From: Promethearchaeota archaeon Loki_b32
Lineage (GTDB): Archaea; Asgardarchaeota; Lokiarchaeia; Sigyniarchaeales; SOKP01
Direction of reading: 5' to 3'
Length of the DNA stretch: 39,631 nucleotides
Assembly: GCA_005223125.1 (NCBI GenBank)
Contig: NJBH01000035.1
Coordinates: 1-39,631 of the forward strand
A model generated the notes under the pieces. That model was given only the letters and a program-made list of their open reading frames with translations. It made no database searches and was not told the origin of the DNA. This document shows, piece after piece, positions 16,137 to 26,501 of this stretch (position 1 is the stretch's first letter; every line of letters begins with the position of its first letter). The translations under genes and the position numbers were made by a program.

Positions 16137-19103
16137 TTAGTATTCATGAATAACTATAGTATGGTCAACTGATCTTAAGATATTTATTCCTAATTTTTGA
16201 ATCTCTCTTAATTCATTTAAGATCAGATTTTTGATCTTAGTATCTTTAACTTTACTATTACTTAAAACATAACTTTTGATTTTTTGTGAACAATTTTTAG
16301 AAAGAGTAGAAATTTTCAACTGTTCATGAGTTTTCTTAAATTTGGGAATATTAAAATATAAAGGTCTTTTATGATGATGTCTTGTATCACTTATGATTTT
16401 AACACTTTTTGCCAAATCGGGAATACTTAACATTCCACATAAATAATAGGCTTCATCTTCGTTTTTTGTACCATAATAGTATAATGTTGAATCTACATAG
16501 ATTCTTCCATTTGGATCGTTAATTACAGCTGCAGTCAATCTCTTTGCATTCGGAAATACTACTTTAAAAGGCATTCTTTGATTTTTTTTAACAATATCAT
16601 TTGAACACAACTTATTCCTATAATTAATTCCTATCTTGAATAAATCCTTTTTAACTTCCTTTTGATAAAGATTTTTAATAAAATTCCAGTGCTTTCTACT
16701 AAATGGTCCTAATGTAGAAACAGAATAAGCATAATTTTCATTTAAAGGTAAGAATATAGTATAGGGTTTAAGATAAAAGGGATATAGTTGACGAGAAAGC
16801 GTTGCTTGAAAGAGACAACTTGTTTCAACACGTGCATGTTTGTAAGGTGTTTTTTTCCAAACTCCTTTAGCTTGAGGTGATATCCATGGATTAATTATAG
16901 AAATTTTATCACTTTGAGTGGTTTCTATAACATTACAATAAAGTAAAACCTTAGGAATTAAATCCGCTCCTTGAATAAATTCATTATAGTAATCAGATAA
17001 GTGACATGGAAGGATTTCACTTTTTCTTTCTGATTTAATTAATTTTTTTACTAAATATTTTTCATTCTTTTTTTCTTGGAAATAAACATATGGTTCTAGA
17101 TGGTATTGATCTAAAATCTCCATCGTATTAGCATCTAAATGATAACAATAGAGAGGATATTTCTTAAAAACATCCAATATTCCCAAATTTTTATCAACAT
17201 AATTAGCGAACATACAGCAACAATCAATATTAAATACTAGATCGCTAAATTCAAAAAATTCAATATTTTCAAATGGCTCAAATCTTCTTGCTTTTTGGTT
17301 TTGAGATGAAATAAGCAAAGAACGTGGCATTACGAATGCAATTTTACCTTTACCATCTTTTTTAAGATAAAGATCTGGAACCTTGTACAAAAAAATAACT
17401 GCTTCTTCTATATTAGTTATATTTTGAGCCCCAGGTTTTATATCGAACTTCTTCGAAACTTTTTTCATTGTTTCTTTTAATTTATGATCAGCATCTTTAT
17501 ATGTTAACCAAGGGGGATTTGTGATAATTAAATCCATTTTTTTTTTCAATAAAAGTAAACGTATTCCAACTAAATTATTCAAAATGTAAAGCCAAATATG
17601 ATCCTTATCTTGTTTTCTTAAAGCAAATAAATCTTTGAAAAATTTATGAATAACACGGATATTTGGGCTATCTAAATCTGAATAAAATTCTTTTAAACTA
17701 ATTTTATTTGAGATTGCAGCAGTCCAAGTATCTACAAATCGATCAAAATCTTCCCATACATTATAAAGTGATTTTATTAATGCTTGAAAAGTTTCAATAT
17801 TTGAAGGAGATAAGGCTTCACCGGGTATTCTAAGTTCTAATTCACTATCTAATAAATCAACACAAAAAGCATAGTATCTTCCTAGTTCGATATCTGCAAT
17901 TTCAGAAAATTCCAATGGGTCTATAGAATTACATAAATATATGTTAATAGAAATATTTTCAATCCATTCTTTTTTATTTTTGAAATATAATATACAATTT
18001 GCTTTAGTTGTTAAAACTGCAATAGGATTGATATCAAACCCAAAAATATTATTAATTGCATCAAACCATTCTTCAGAAGGTCTTTCATTTTTTTCCAATG
18101 TAAACTGAGAATCAATTTTTTTATAAGTTTCTATGAGAAAAGTTCCTGAACCACATGAAGAATCAAGAACTCTATCTCCTAATTTATATTGTTTTTCAAC
18201 CATTTTATTACATAAAGATTCAGGGGTATAATATTCTCCCAATCTATGTCTTACTCCAGCAATAATCATCTCTTGATAAATAGTCCTAAAAATATCAGTA
18301 GCTTTTAAAGTGATTATTTTTAAAATTTCGAAATAATCATCACATAATTCGTGAACATTAATTATCCACCTAAAAAAATCATAATGAAATAAAGATATAC
18401 CTAACAACTCGAAATAATTTTCTAAATCCTTAAAATACTCACGAGAGTATTGCTCCGGATTAATAAATTCTTTATATAAAATCAACTTTAAAAGCATACT
18501 CAAATAGGAGTGTCTTAAAAACAATTCCTTGCCCACTTCTTCATCATGATAAGCAAGTCTAAAATGTTTTTTCCACTGTTGAAAACAAACTGTTTTTTCT
18601 CCACTATGATCATCAAAATGTTTCTCGAGACGAGAATATGAAAGGATATATAATGGAGAATTTACTCCAAATAAAATAGCAAATTGCTCTGAATCTAAGG
18701 ATTTCGGCTCTAATAAACACTCAATTAAGGATTTAATTGATTTTTCATTAATTTCACGCTTATTTCTTAATATAAAATCCATATCATAGTACCAAATATA
18801 AGACTCAGAGATAACAATCAATAAAGAAGGATATTTACTCCTTGTGTCAAAAAACTCTTGGACATACTGTTTTCCTTTTGTATTTACCCAATTGTGTAAA
18901 TTCTTATTTGATATTTTATATTTGAAATCAATAATAATATCTCCGATCAAACAATCTGGCTTTCCATTTAAAATTCTATGTTGCGCTTGATAAGTTAATC
19001 CTATTTTATCAAATAAACTATCAAAACAATGCTCAACTTCGTATTCATTTGAAGCCCTTTTCACTGGATTTATGTCTATTTCAAGGTCCTTTATCAAGAA
19101 CAT
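16137..19103 (-). CDS. Type IIG-like restriction-modification protein / N6-adenine DNA methyltransferase
   Basis: GEYYTP, motif I LDSSCGSGTF, GFDINP, motif IV TNPPW; N-terminal PD-CLIGDIIIDFK resembles a PD-(D/E)xK nuclease site. Confidence 0.88.
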   Translation of the reverse strand: MFLIKDLEIDINPVKRASNEYEVEHCFDSLFDKIGLTYQAQHRILNGKPDCLIGDIIIDFKYKISNKNLHNWVNTKGKQYVQEFFDTRSKYPSLLIVISESYIWYYDMDFILRNKREINEKSIKSLIECLLEPKSLDSEQFAILFGVNSPLYILSYSRLEKHFDDHSGEKTVCFQQWKKHFRLAYHDEEVGKELFLRHSYLSMLLKLILYKEFINPEQYSREYFKDLENYFELLGISLFHYDFFRWIINVHELCDDYFEILKIITLKATDIFRTIYQEMIIAGVRHRLGEYYTPESLCNKMVEKQYKLGDRVLDSSCGSGTFLIETYKKIDSQFTLEKNERPSEEWFDAINNIFGFDINPIAVLTTKANCILYFKNKKEWIENISINIYLCNSIDPLEFSEIADIELGRYYAFCVDLLDSELELRIPGEALSPSNIETFQALIKSLYNVWEDFDRFVDTWTAAISNKISLKEFYSDLDSPNIRVIHKFFKDLFALRKQDKDHIWLYILNNLVGIRLLLLKKKMDLIITNPPWLTYKDADHKLKETMKKVSKKFDIKPGAQNITNIEEAVIFLYKVPDLYLKKDGKGKIAFVMPRSLLISSQNQKARRFEPFENIEFFEFSDLVFNIDCCCMFANYVDKNLGILDVFKKYPLYCYHLDANTMEILDQYHLEPYVYFQEKKNEKYLVKKLIKSERKSEILPCHLSDYYNEFIQGADLIPKVLLYCNVIETTQSDKISIINPWISPQAKGVWKKTPYKHARVETSCLFQATLSRQLYPFYLKPYTIFLPLNENYAYSVSTLGPFSRKHWNFIKNLYQKEVKKDLFKIGINYRNKLCSNDIVKKNQRMPFKVVFPNAKRLTAAVINDPNGRIYVDSTLYYYGTKNEDEAYYLCGMLSIPDLAKSVKIISDTRHHHKRPLYFNIPKFKKTHEQLKISTLSKNCSQKIKSYVLSNSKVKDTKIKNLILNELREIQKLGINILRSVDHTIVIHEY

Positions 19104-19221
19104 AATAGTATATTTTTTTCTTAGATTTATATTAAGTTTTCAATATAAATTACAAAATTCTAGTTCTCTTTAACTTTTTAAATATCTGTTGAAATAAATT
19201 ATAAATGAAAAAATTATACAC

Positions 19222-19761
19222 ATGATACACTATAAATCAATCAAAAATCTTGCGATTAAAGATTTTGATATAATAAAGCGAAAGTTAGAGATAATTGATA
19301 TAGCACTAAAAAAAATAGCTAAAGTTCTAGGTGAGAATGAATATGAGTCAATATATAATCTTGAAAAACAAAATAATATAAAAGTTGAATTTCAAGAAGT
19401 TGGGGAATTAAGAGGAAGAAATATTTGGATTTGGGTAATAATACCCTATAGTAAAGAAAGTTTAGAACTTGTAAGAGGAAAAATTTGTAAATTTGATATT
19501 CCCTTATTAGAATTTATCAAAAGCTTTTACATTTTTAATCAGAAATTTATTAAATATCCTGAGAAAGTAGAGAGTTGCAGAGTTAACAAAGAAATTTTCG
19601 GTCTCCTTAAAGAAATGCATGGTATATCAAGTAGTTATTTTAAAGATTATGAATGGGAACAAATTCAAAACTCAGATACTTGGATAAAAACACAAGCCGA
19701 AATCGCGCGAGAATTTGTCGCAGATAAATTATTGAATGAATCTAAAGCATTACTTTGTTAA
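19222..19761 (+). CDS. Hypothetical protein
   Basis: 179-aa ORF with no recognisable motif. Confidence 0.65.
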   Translation: MIHYKSIKNLAIKDFDIIKRKLEIIDIALKKIAKVLGENEYESIYNLEKQNNIKVEFQEVGELRGRNIWIWVIIPYSKESLELVRGKICKFDIPLLEFIKSFYIFNQKFIKYPEKVESCRVNKEIFGLLKEMHGISSSYFKDYEWEQIQNSDTWIKTQAEIAREFVADKLLNESKALLC

Positions 19762-19851
19762 AATTATCATCCATGTAAGCTTTTAATTATCTTTTTTATT
19801 TAGTAATGTAATAAATTATATTTTTAAATCATTAATTCTAATAAGCTCTTA

Positions 19852-20700
19852 ATGCTTTCATCCCAATATAAAAGTAAATTTTCACAAGGAGCTAATCTCT
19901 TTCCACGAAGTCTAATATTTTTCGAAATTGAAGAAAAGAGAGATGGAACTCTTATTATTACATCTGATTTAGATGTATTATCCCGCTCAAAAAAAAAATG
20001 GGAGTATAGATTTCAAAGAAAAGAAATTGAAAGAGAGTTCCGATTTAAAACATTTTTAAATAAGGATTTAATACCCTTCTTTATAAAAAGCAAAAAGAAT
20101 GTGTTCCTTCCTATTAATGCAGATTTTAATTATGGCATTCAATTTCTAAAAGATTATCCTAAAGCTTCTGAATTTTATGAAGAAATAAATAATTTCTATA
20201 TAGATAATAAAAAAAAAACAAGTAAAATTAATACTTTGTTTGCGAGTTTGAACTATGGGAATAAACTAAAAAAACAACAAAAAAGCAATTCCAATATTGT
20301 TGTATATAATGCTAGTGGCTCTAGTTTGAATGCTTCTGTCATAGATAATGAAAAACAAAAAGTTATTATCGGATCTGAAAATTATTATTATTCCACTAAT
20401 TCAAAAAATGAAGCTTATTACTTATCAGCAATATTAAATGACCCTAATTTATCAAAGAATATAAAATTAATAAAAAGCTCAAGACATATTCATAAAAGAG
20501 TTTTCGATTTTCCAATTCCTACTTATGACAAAAATGAGATTTTACATAAGCGATTAACAAAAATAGGTAAAAAATGCGAGTTATTAGTTTATGATTTAGT
20601 TATGAATAATCCACGCATAAGTACCGAGAAAGTTAAGACGATATTATATCAAAAACTAATTAAGATACAAAAATTAACTGAACAAGTTTTTTTAGAATAA
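19852..20700 (+). CDS. Stand-alone C-terminal (specificity-like) domain of a type IIG-like R-M enzyme; possibly a gene remnant
   Basis: FSQGANLFP, YYYSTNSKNEAYYL and RHIHKRVFDFPIP match FIQGADLIP, YYYGTKNEDEAYYL and RHHHKRPLYFNIP in the 988-aa protein. Confidence 0.75.
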   Translation: MLSSQYKSKFSQGANLFPRSLIFFEIEEKRDGTLIITSDLDVLSRSKKKWEYRFQRKEIEREFRFKTFLNKDLIPFFIKSKKNVFLPINADFNYGIQFLKDYPKASEFYEEINNFYIDNKKKTSKINTLFASLNYGNKLKKQQKSNSNIVVYNASGSSLNASVIDNEKQKVIIGSENYYYSTNSKNEAYYLSAILNDPNLSKNIKLIKSSRHIHKRVFDFPIPTYDKNEILHKRLTKIGKKCELLVYDLVMNNPRISTEKVKTILYQKLIKIQKLTEQVFLE

Positions 20701-20795
20701 TATTATATTATTTTTTTACAAAACTTTATCTTCCTTAATTTATTTATTTAAATTGATAATGTGTGAAAAAGAAAACGTGATAGTGAAAAACAAAA

Positions 20796-21944
20796 TTGAG
20801 TTTTATAGATTTAGGTATTAGTGAAAAAAATAATAGTGCTTTAAAAAAATTAAATATTTTAAAACCTACACCTGTCCAGAAAAAAGCAATTCCACTTGTT
20901 TTAAACGGCAACCATTTGATGACCCAAGCTAAAACGGGTACTGGAAAAACTTTAGCTTTTATTCTCCCTATTATTGAGCAGTTAAAGTACGTTAATAATG
21001 AAGCATTAATTTTAGTTCCCACAAGAGAGCTTGCTAAACAAATAAATAGTGTTATTAAGGACTTAGGAAATCCTAAAGTTAAATCGATGACTATTTATGG
21101 TGGTGTCTCTATAAATAATCAAATTCAGAAATTAAAGAATGGTGTTAATATTATTGTTGGGACCCCAGGTAGAATCATTGATCTTTATAAAAGAAGAGAG
21201 CTGAAGCTCCAGAATATCCGATTTGCAGTTCTCGATGAAGGCGACAGATTGTGGGACATGGGTTTCGCTCCTGATGTAAAGTATATTCTAAATCAAATTA
21301 AATCATCATATCAGTTTATGCTTTTTTCAGCGACTTTAGATTCTGATATGAGGAAATTAGTCCAAAAATATTCAAAAAATAAATTTGAATTTTTAAATTT
21401 AAGTCGGGATAATTTAACTGTTGGAAATACAACTCAGGTCTATTATTTAGTTGAAAGGTTTGAGGAAAAATTTAAAACTTTTGTTAGAATTTTAAAGCTT
21501 GAAAAACCAAAGCATGCGCTAGTATTTGTAAATACAAAGAAAACCGCATCTTGGTTAGAAAAAAGATTGAAAACATATAAGGGTATAAATTTCAGAGTAG
21601 GGATTATATCTGGAAATTTATCACAATTCCAGAGAGAAAATGTCTTACACAAATTTAAGACACACAATATTAATTTATTAATAGGTACTGATGTAGCATC
21701 GAGGGGTCTTGATATAGATAATATCTCTCATGTATTTAATTATGATATCCCTAAATTTCCTGATAATTATATTCATCGAATAGGACGTACTTCACGAATG
21801 AGTAAAAAGGGAGTTGCTATTACACTTTGTTTAAAAGATGAATATGAATACTTATGTCACATTGAAGGTTTAATCGGTAAAGAAATTAAATTAAGAACCT
21901 TATATAATAGAGATATGAAGAATTATAATAATCCTTTTTATTGA
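20796..21944 (+). CDS. DEAD-box RNA helicase (DEGD variant)
   Basis: Q motif PTPVQ, AKTGTGKT, PTRELA, GG, TPGR, DEGD, SAT, SRGLD, HRIGRTSR. Confidence 0.95.
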   Translation: MSFIDLGISEKNNSALKKLNILKPTPVQKKAIPLVLNGNHLMTQAKTGTGKTLAFILPIIEQLKYVNNEALILVPTRELAKQINSVIKDLGNPKVKSMTIYGGVSINNQIQKLKNGVNIIVGTPGRIIDLYKRRELKLQNIRFAVLDEGDRLWDMGFAPDVKYILNQIKSSYQFMLFSATLDSDMRKLVQKYSKNKFEFLNLSRDNLTVGNTTQVYYLVERFEEKFKTFVRILKLEKPKHALVFVNTKKTASWLEKRLKTYKGINFRVGIISGNLSQFQRENVLHKFKTHNINLLIGTDVASRGLDIDNISHVFNYDIPKFPDNYIHRIGRTSRMSKKGVAITLCLKDEYEYLCHIEGLIGKEIKLRTLYNRDMKNYNNPFY

Positions 21945-21954
21945 TATTTCTGTC

Positions 21955-24900
21955 TTAAACAAATTTTTCTTTCCAATTTTCTAATTCAGCTAAAAATTCC
22001 TCTTTAATTTCATCTTCTAAAGGTTCTTTTATAGATCTTAGTTTACTTATCCATTGCCTTATTACATTCACTGCTACGGCACCATGAGATTGTAAAAGAA
22101 TATCAGCAATATTCTGTAAATTATCACTTAATTCATTGCCGTTATGAGTTGGAGCATTCTGTATCAAAGCATTGAATTTGTCATTTAAAGTTCCTCCGTT
22201 CCCAATTCCACTTCCTTCACTAGATTCTTCAATCATCTCAAACGAGGGACTAAAATCTAATCCAGTCTCGTCATCTTCGGTTGAATATTTTTGTTTTAAC
22301 TTTAAAAATTCTACTTCAAAGTCTTCTTTAATTTCAGTTTCAAGAGGCGTTCTAATCATTCGCAGTTTACTTACCCAATCTTTGATTCCCTTGAGAGCCA
22401 TGGAATATCCTTCAGTTTCTAAAATAATATCAACTATATTTTGTAATAACTTACTGATTTCAGTTCCACTTAATTGCCCTAGGTTTGCTTGGATCTTATT
22501 AAATATTTCATTCCTTTCTATTTCAGGAGCAATCTTATCTGTATCATCAGTAGCAGAAGTGTCTGCTTCATCGCCAAATTGAGATTGTGAAAGACCAGGA
22601 CTAATATATTCTTCTTCAAAAATTGATGAAGTTGTTTCTTGTTTCGATGTAGTTTGTTGAGACTGTTCAAAAGTCTCAGTAGGTATTTCTTTTGATAGTA
22701 TGGAAGAAGATGATGCTTGCTGTAATATTCCGTTTTTCCACTTTAAAAGATCTTTTCTTATTTTTTCTTTAAATGGTTCTTCTAGCATATCTTCTACGGT
22801 GGATAAACTCTTCTTCCACTCGATAATTTCAGAATATCCTTGTAATTTTAAAATTACTTCTATAAATTTATCAATTTGTTCACCAATTTCTACACCTTTC
22901 AGCTCATCAATCTTGTCTAGTAGAATCTCAAATAAGTTATTGATTTTTTCTGGATCAAGTGGTTCAATTACAGTATCCTCTATGATAATCTCACCCTCAA
23001 TTTTCTCTTTCGTTTCAGTTTCTAAAAGAGGAGGTCTAAATTCTGGAGGATAAATTAATTCTAATGTCGAGAATTTTTTGTTTAGTTTATTAAGCTCGTT
23101 AATAACATATTCTTTCATTTCATCATTTAATGGATGATATGATTTTTCTAATTTGCCAGCTAATAATTTAAGTTCCAAAATATCAAGAGAAATTCCATCT
23201 TTTTCAAAAGCAACATCTAACAATCTTTTTAATCTTTTACTGATTTTTTTTCCTATATAATCATTGATATTTTCAATAATTTCATTAAATCCTCTATTTA
23301 TTTCAATTTCCTTAGGATGTTTTGCTTTATTCCTGATTTCTTCAATTAGAGGTCTAATTATCTCTAATGTAGGTTTATATGACGTGAAAAAGCCACTTAT
23401 CTCAAATGTGGGTTTAATACTTGTTTGATGGTAAACTCCAAAAGCCAAATATGAATCATCTCCAAGAATAGCAAAAATGCTATTATTTTTTAATTGTAAA
23501 TATTCAGTATTCGCTTTATTTGCAAAGGCTAAAGCGTGCTTACTATCATGAGATTCTGATGAAATTAGTTGCAATTGTAATCCCATGGATTGAGGTTTTT
23601 CTTTAGAGAATTTCTCTTTTAATTCATCAACCAATTCTTTTTCTGGTTCTTCCTCTTTTTTTTTCACTTTTAAATAGTCTTTCTTCCACTTTCCAATATT
23701 TTCCAGAAGTAAATATTGCGTATTTGAATCTAGATGTTTTCTAATAACTAAGAGTCTATTCAGCCACCCCTGTATACTATCTAGAGTAGCAGATTCGGGG
23801 TTTACTTCAGAAATTGATGATAAAACCTCAGCGATATCGTGAGTTAATTCAAATCCTTTTAATTCAGCCACCTTTTTAGATGTAAGGTCAAGTTTCTCTT
23901 CAATCTCTTTTTTTTGTTTTTTAGTAATTGAAGGTCCTTTACGTGCAGACTTTTTAGGTGTTACTGGAGCTACTTTTTTCTCTAAACTAATATCTTCAGA
24001 GTAATCTAACTCAAAATTCTCTAAGGGAATAAATTTTTTGATATTAGGAACTATAATTGTTAAATTATGAGTACATTTGTCTAATAATATAGCAATAATT
24101 TCTTTAATTTTCTCATAATTGTTAATAGACCAAAATTTTTCAATTGAACCCTTATTTACGCTAATATAATTTTTTAAAATATCATTTACTGAGTTTTTAA
24201 TGGACTCAATTTTATCTGAAGGGACAGAACCAGGGACTCTAGAGATTTCGTTAACTCCTTTTTCTATTGACTCTCCTAACCTTCTTATAAATATCTTAAA
24301 TGCCTCAATCTGAGAAGTTTTATCAGGAGTAGCCATTTCTTTCACGATACCTCCAAATTGGGCAAACATATTTGTTACAATTTCTTCTGATTCTGTAATT
24401 TTCTGTTTAACTAAATTGATGAGTTTACTAAAATCACGAGCATCCACTCCGGATTGCATTTTAAGAGGTGAGATCATCCCTATAACATCATTTAATATTA
24501 CTTGAGCAAATTTCTTTACATTTTCTTCAACTTCAGCTAAAATTTCTGTTGTTTGAATGGCACTATCTTGAGAACTAATCGCATCGATTAAATCACCAGT
24601 AATATTTTCGATATCCTGGTATAATGCTTCCTGAAATCCCTCTAGCGTAGGAGTTTTCTTTGAATCCTTAACTTCATTATCTTTAGGACCTTTATATAAT
24701 TCAGTTATACTATTGAGCATTGCTGCGAATGGTGGTATAATAATATAGTGTGTTAATGATTCTGAATATTTAGGGTTAATCAGGATAATTAATTTTTTCT
24801 CTATAAGTTCATCAAGAGTCTGTTTCATTTCTTTTTCTGAGAGATCTGGGATAATACTTTGGATTTCACTAAAAGTATATGGAGATTTCCCTAATCCTTC

Positions 24901-24957
24901 AATATAAATTCTGATAGCATTATCAGAAAGGCCAAATGATTTCAAAAGAGTTTTCAA
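21955..24957 (-). CDS. Large protein with an N-terminal TrmB-like winged HTH and about five repeats of a helical domain
   Basis: LKSFGLSDNAIRIY...LDELIEKKLI is TrmB-like; internal repeats are visible in the C-terminal two thirds. Confidence 0.75.
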   Translation of the reverse strand: MKTLLKSFGLSDNAIRIYIEGLGKSPYTFSEIQSIIPDLSEKEMKQTLDELIEKKLIILINPKYSESLTHYIIIPPFAAMLNSITELYKGPKDNEVKDSKKTPTLEGFQEALYQDIENITGDLIDAISSQDSAIQTTEILAEVEENVKKFAQVILNDVIGMISPLKMQSGVDARDFSKLINLVKQKITESEEIVTNMFAQFGGIVKEMATPDKTSQIEAFKIFIRRLGESIEKGVNEISRVPGSVPSDKIESIKNSVNDILKNYISVNKGSIEKFWSINNYEKIKEIIAILLDKCTHNLTIIVPNIKKFIPLENFELDYSEDISLEKKVAPVTPKKSARKGPSITKKQKKEIEEKLDLTSKKVAELKGFELTHDIAEVLSSISEVNPESATLDSIQGWLNRLLVIRKHLDSNTQYLLLENIGKWKKDYLKVKKKEEEPEKELVDELKEKFSKEKPQSMGLQLQLISSESHDSKHALAFANKANTEYLQLKNNSIFAILGDDSYLAFGVYHQTSIKPTFEISGFFTSYKPTLEIIRPLIEEIRNKAKHPKEIEINRGFNEIIENINDYIGKKISKRLKRLLDVAFEKDGISLDILELKLLAGKLEKSYHPLNDEMKEYVINELNKLNKKFSTLELIYPPEFRPPLLETETKEKIEGEIIIEDTVIEPLDPEKINNLFEILLDKIDELKGVEIGEQIDKFIEVILKLQGYSEIIEWKKSLSTVEDMLEEPFKEKIRKDLLKWKNGILQQASSSSILSKEIPTETFEQSQQTTSKQETTSSIFEEEYISPGLSQSQFGDEADTSATDDTDKIAPEIERNEIFNKIQANLGQLSGTEISKLLQNIVDIILETEGYSMALKGIKDWVSKLRMIRTPLETEIKEDFEVEFLKLKQKYSTEDDETGLDFSPSFEMIEESSEGSGIGNGGTLNDKFNALIQNAPTHNGNELSDNLQNIADILLQSHGAVAVNVIRQWISKLRSIKEPLEDEIKEEFLAELENWKEKFV

Positions 24958-25071
24958 ATATAAAACCTCAATTATCTATTTAAAATTTTGAACTTAATTC
25001 ACTTATAATATCATGAAAAAACTTACTTTTTAATATTCTGAAAAAAAAAATTTAGAGGAAGAAATTCATGA

Positions 25072-25341
25072 AATTCTAAAACGCTAGTTGATAGGAAAAA
25101 TTTTATCAAGATGGAATTTAGTGATAATGGAATTGGAGTACCAGAGGATAGAAAAGAAATAATATTTAAACGGGGCAATAGAGAACTAAAAGGGTCTAAA
25201 GGTATGGGAATAGGGCTATCTCTTGTGAAAAAAATTATCAAGGGATACAATGGAAAAATATGGGTTGAGGATAAAGTGAAAGGTGATTATTCTCAAGGAA
25301 GTAATTTTATCCTTTTAATTCCAGAAATCATTCAATATTAA
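25072..25341 (+). pseudogene. Histidine kinase HATPase C-terminal fragment
   Basis: G1 box DNGIG, F box and G2 box GMGIGLS present; N-box and HisKA domain missing; in-frame TGA at 25069. Confidence 0.8.
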
Positions 25342-25456
25342 TTATTATGTTATAAGAGATGTTATTTTGATATTAGACTTAGTAATCTTAATAGAGTTAG
25401 CTTTATTCTAAAAAAAGCAAAAATTATAATTAATATTAGGAATAAAAATTAATATT

Positions 25457-26278
25457 ATGCCTTTTGCAGAAGTTAATAATATTAAAATTTGTTATGAGAT
25501 TTATGGAGAAGGGTATCCTTTATTATTAGTTCATGGTTATGATGCAAAAAAAGAAGTGTGGGTTGCTCAAATTGGCGCATTATCCGAAAAATTTAAAGTT
25601 ATTACGGTAGATCTTCGTAGTAGTGGAAAATCTGATAGAACAGAAGAACCTTACACGATGGATAAACTTGTAGAAGATTTAAAAGGATTAATGGATTTTC
25701 TCAAAATAGAAAAAGCTAATTTGATGGGGCAATCAATGGGTGGATGGATTATTCAAAATTTTTTATTAAAATATCCAGAACCAGCAGGTAAACTAATTTT
25801 AATCGCAACTAATCATAAAGGAGCGGGTATACATGTATTAAAAGAATCACTTATAAAAGAAATTGAAATTCGTGAAAAAGATCCCGTAGAGGCTTTTTTA
25901 AAGCATGCCCGATTAATGTATCATCAAAAATTTAGAAAAGAAATGGAAGAAAACCTCTCGAAAAAATTCCATGGCATCTGGTCTCCTGAAGATCTGATAA
26001 AAGAAAGCACATTAGACCCTAAGTCAACTCGAGATCTTGAAAATCTTGCTACTGCTAGTGCTTCTCATAATACTCTTGAAAAACTTGATCAAATTAAAAA
26101 TCCAACTTTATTAATAACAGGATCTCATGATAGGATGTCCCCTAAAATTGTACTCGATCAAATGCATGAAAAGCTTCCAAACAGCACTTTAAAATTGTTT
26201 GATAAGACGGGACATAAATCATTCTTATCAAAAGCACCGGAAGTAAATCAAGTAATCTTAGAGTTTTTAGCAGACTAA
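25457..26278 (+). CDS. Alpha/beta hydrolase
   Basis: VHG, DLRSSGKS, nucleophile elbow GQSMG, GSHD, TGH. Confidence 0.93.
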   Translation: MPFAEVNNIKICYEIYGEGYPLLLVHGYDAKKEVWVAQIGALSEKFKVITVDLRSSGKSDRTEEPYTMDKLVEDLKGLMDFLKIEKANLMGQSMGGWIIQNFLLKYPEPAGKLILIATNHKGAGIHVLKESLIKEIEIREKDPVEAFLKHARLMYHQKFRKEMEENLSKKFHGIWSPEDLIKESTLDPKSTRDLENLATASASHNTLEKLDQIKNPTLLITGSHDRMSPKIVLDQMHEKLPNSTLKLFDKTGHKSFLSKAPEVNQVILEFLAD

Positions 26279-26501
26279 ATTGTAATTATAATTATTGAAT
26301 TTTATTCTTTTTGCTTTTTAAATTATATAGGAGTATATATAATATTTGGATATTAGAGCTAATTACAAATAAAAACTATACTCTCAATACTTAAAAAACA
26401 TAAAACTTTTCTTTTGCAAATTTTTATATTACAAGAGTTTTATAGAATTAATAAGATTTATTTATAATTATTTGAATATCTAAAAGCGAGGATTGCTATA
26501 T

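Noticed and set aside
16137-20700. Invertible (shufflon-type) switching between the two R-M C-terminal domains
   Set aside because: I saw only short shared DNA (for example CAAGGAGC), no clear inverted repeats and no recombinase in the window.
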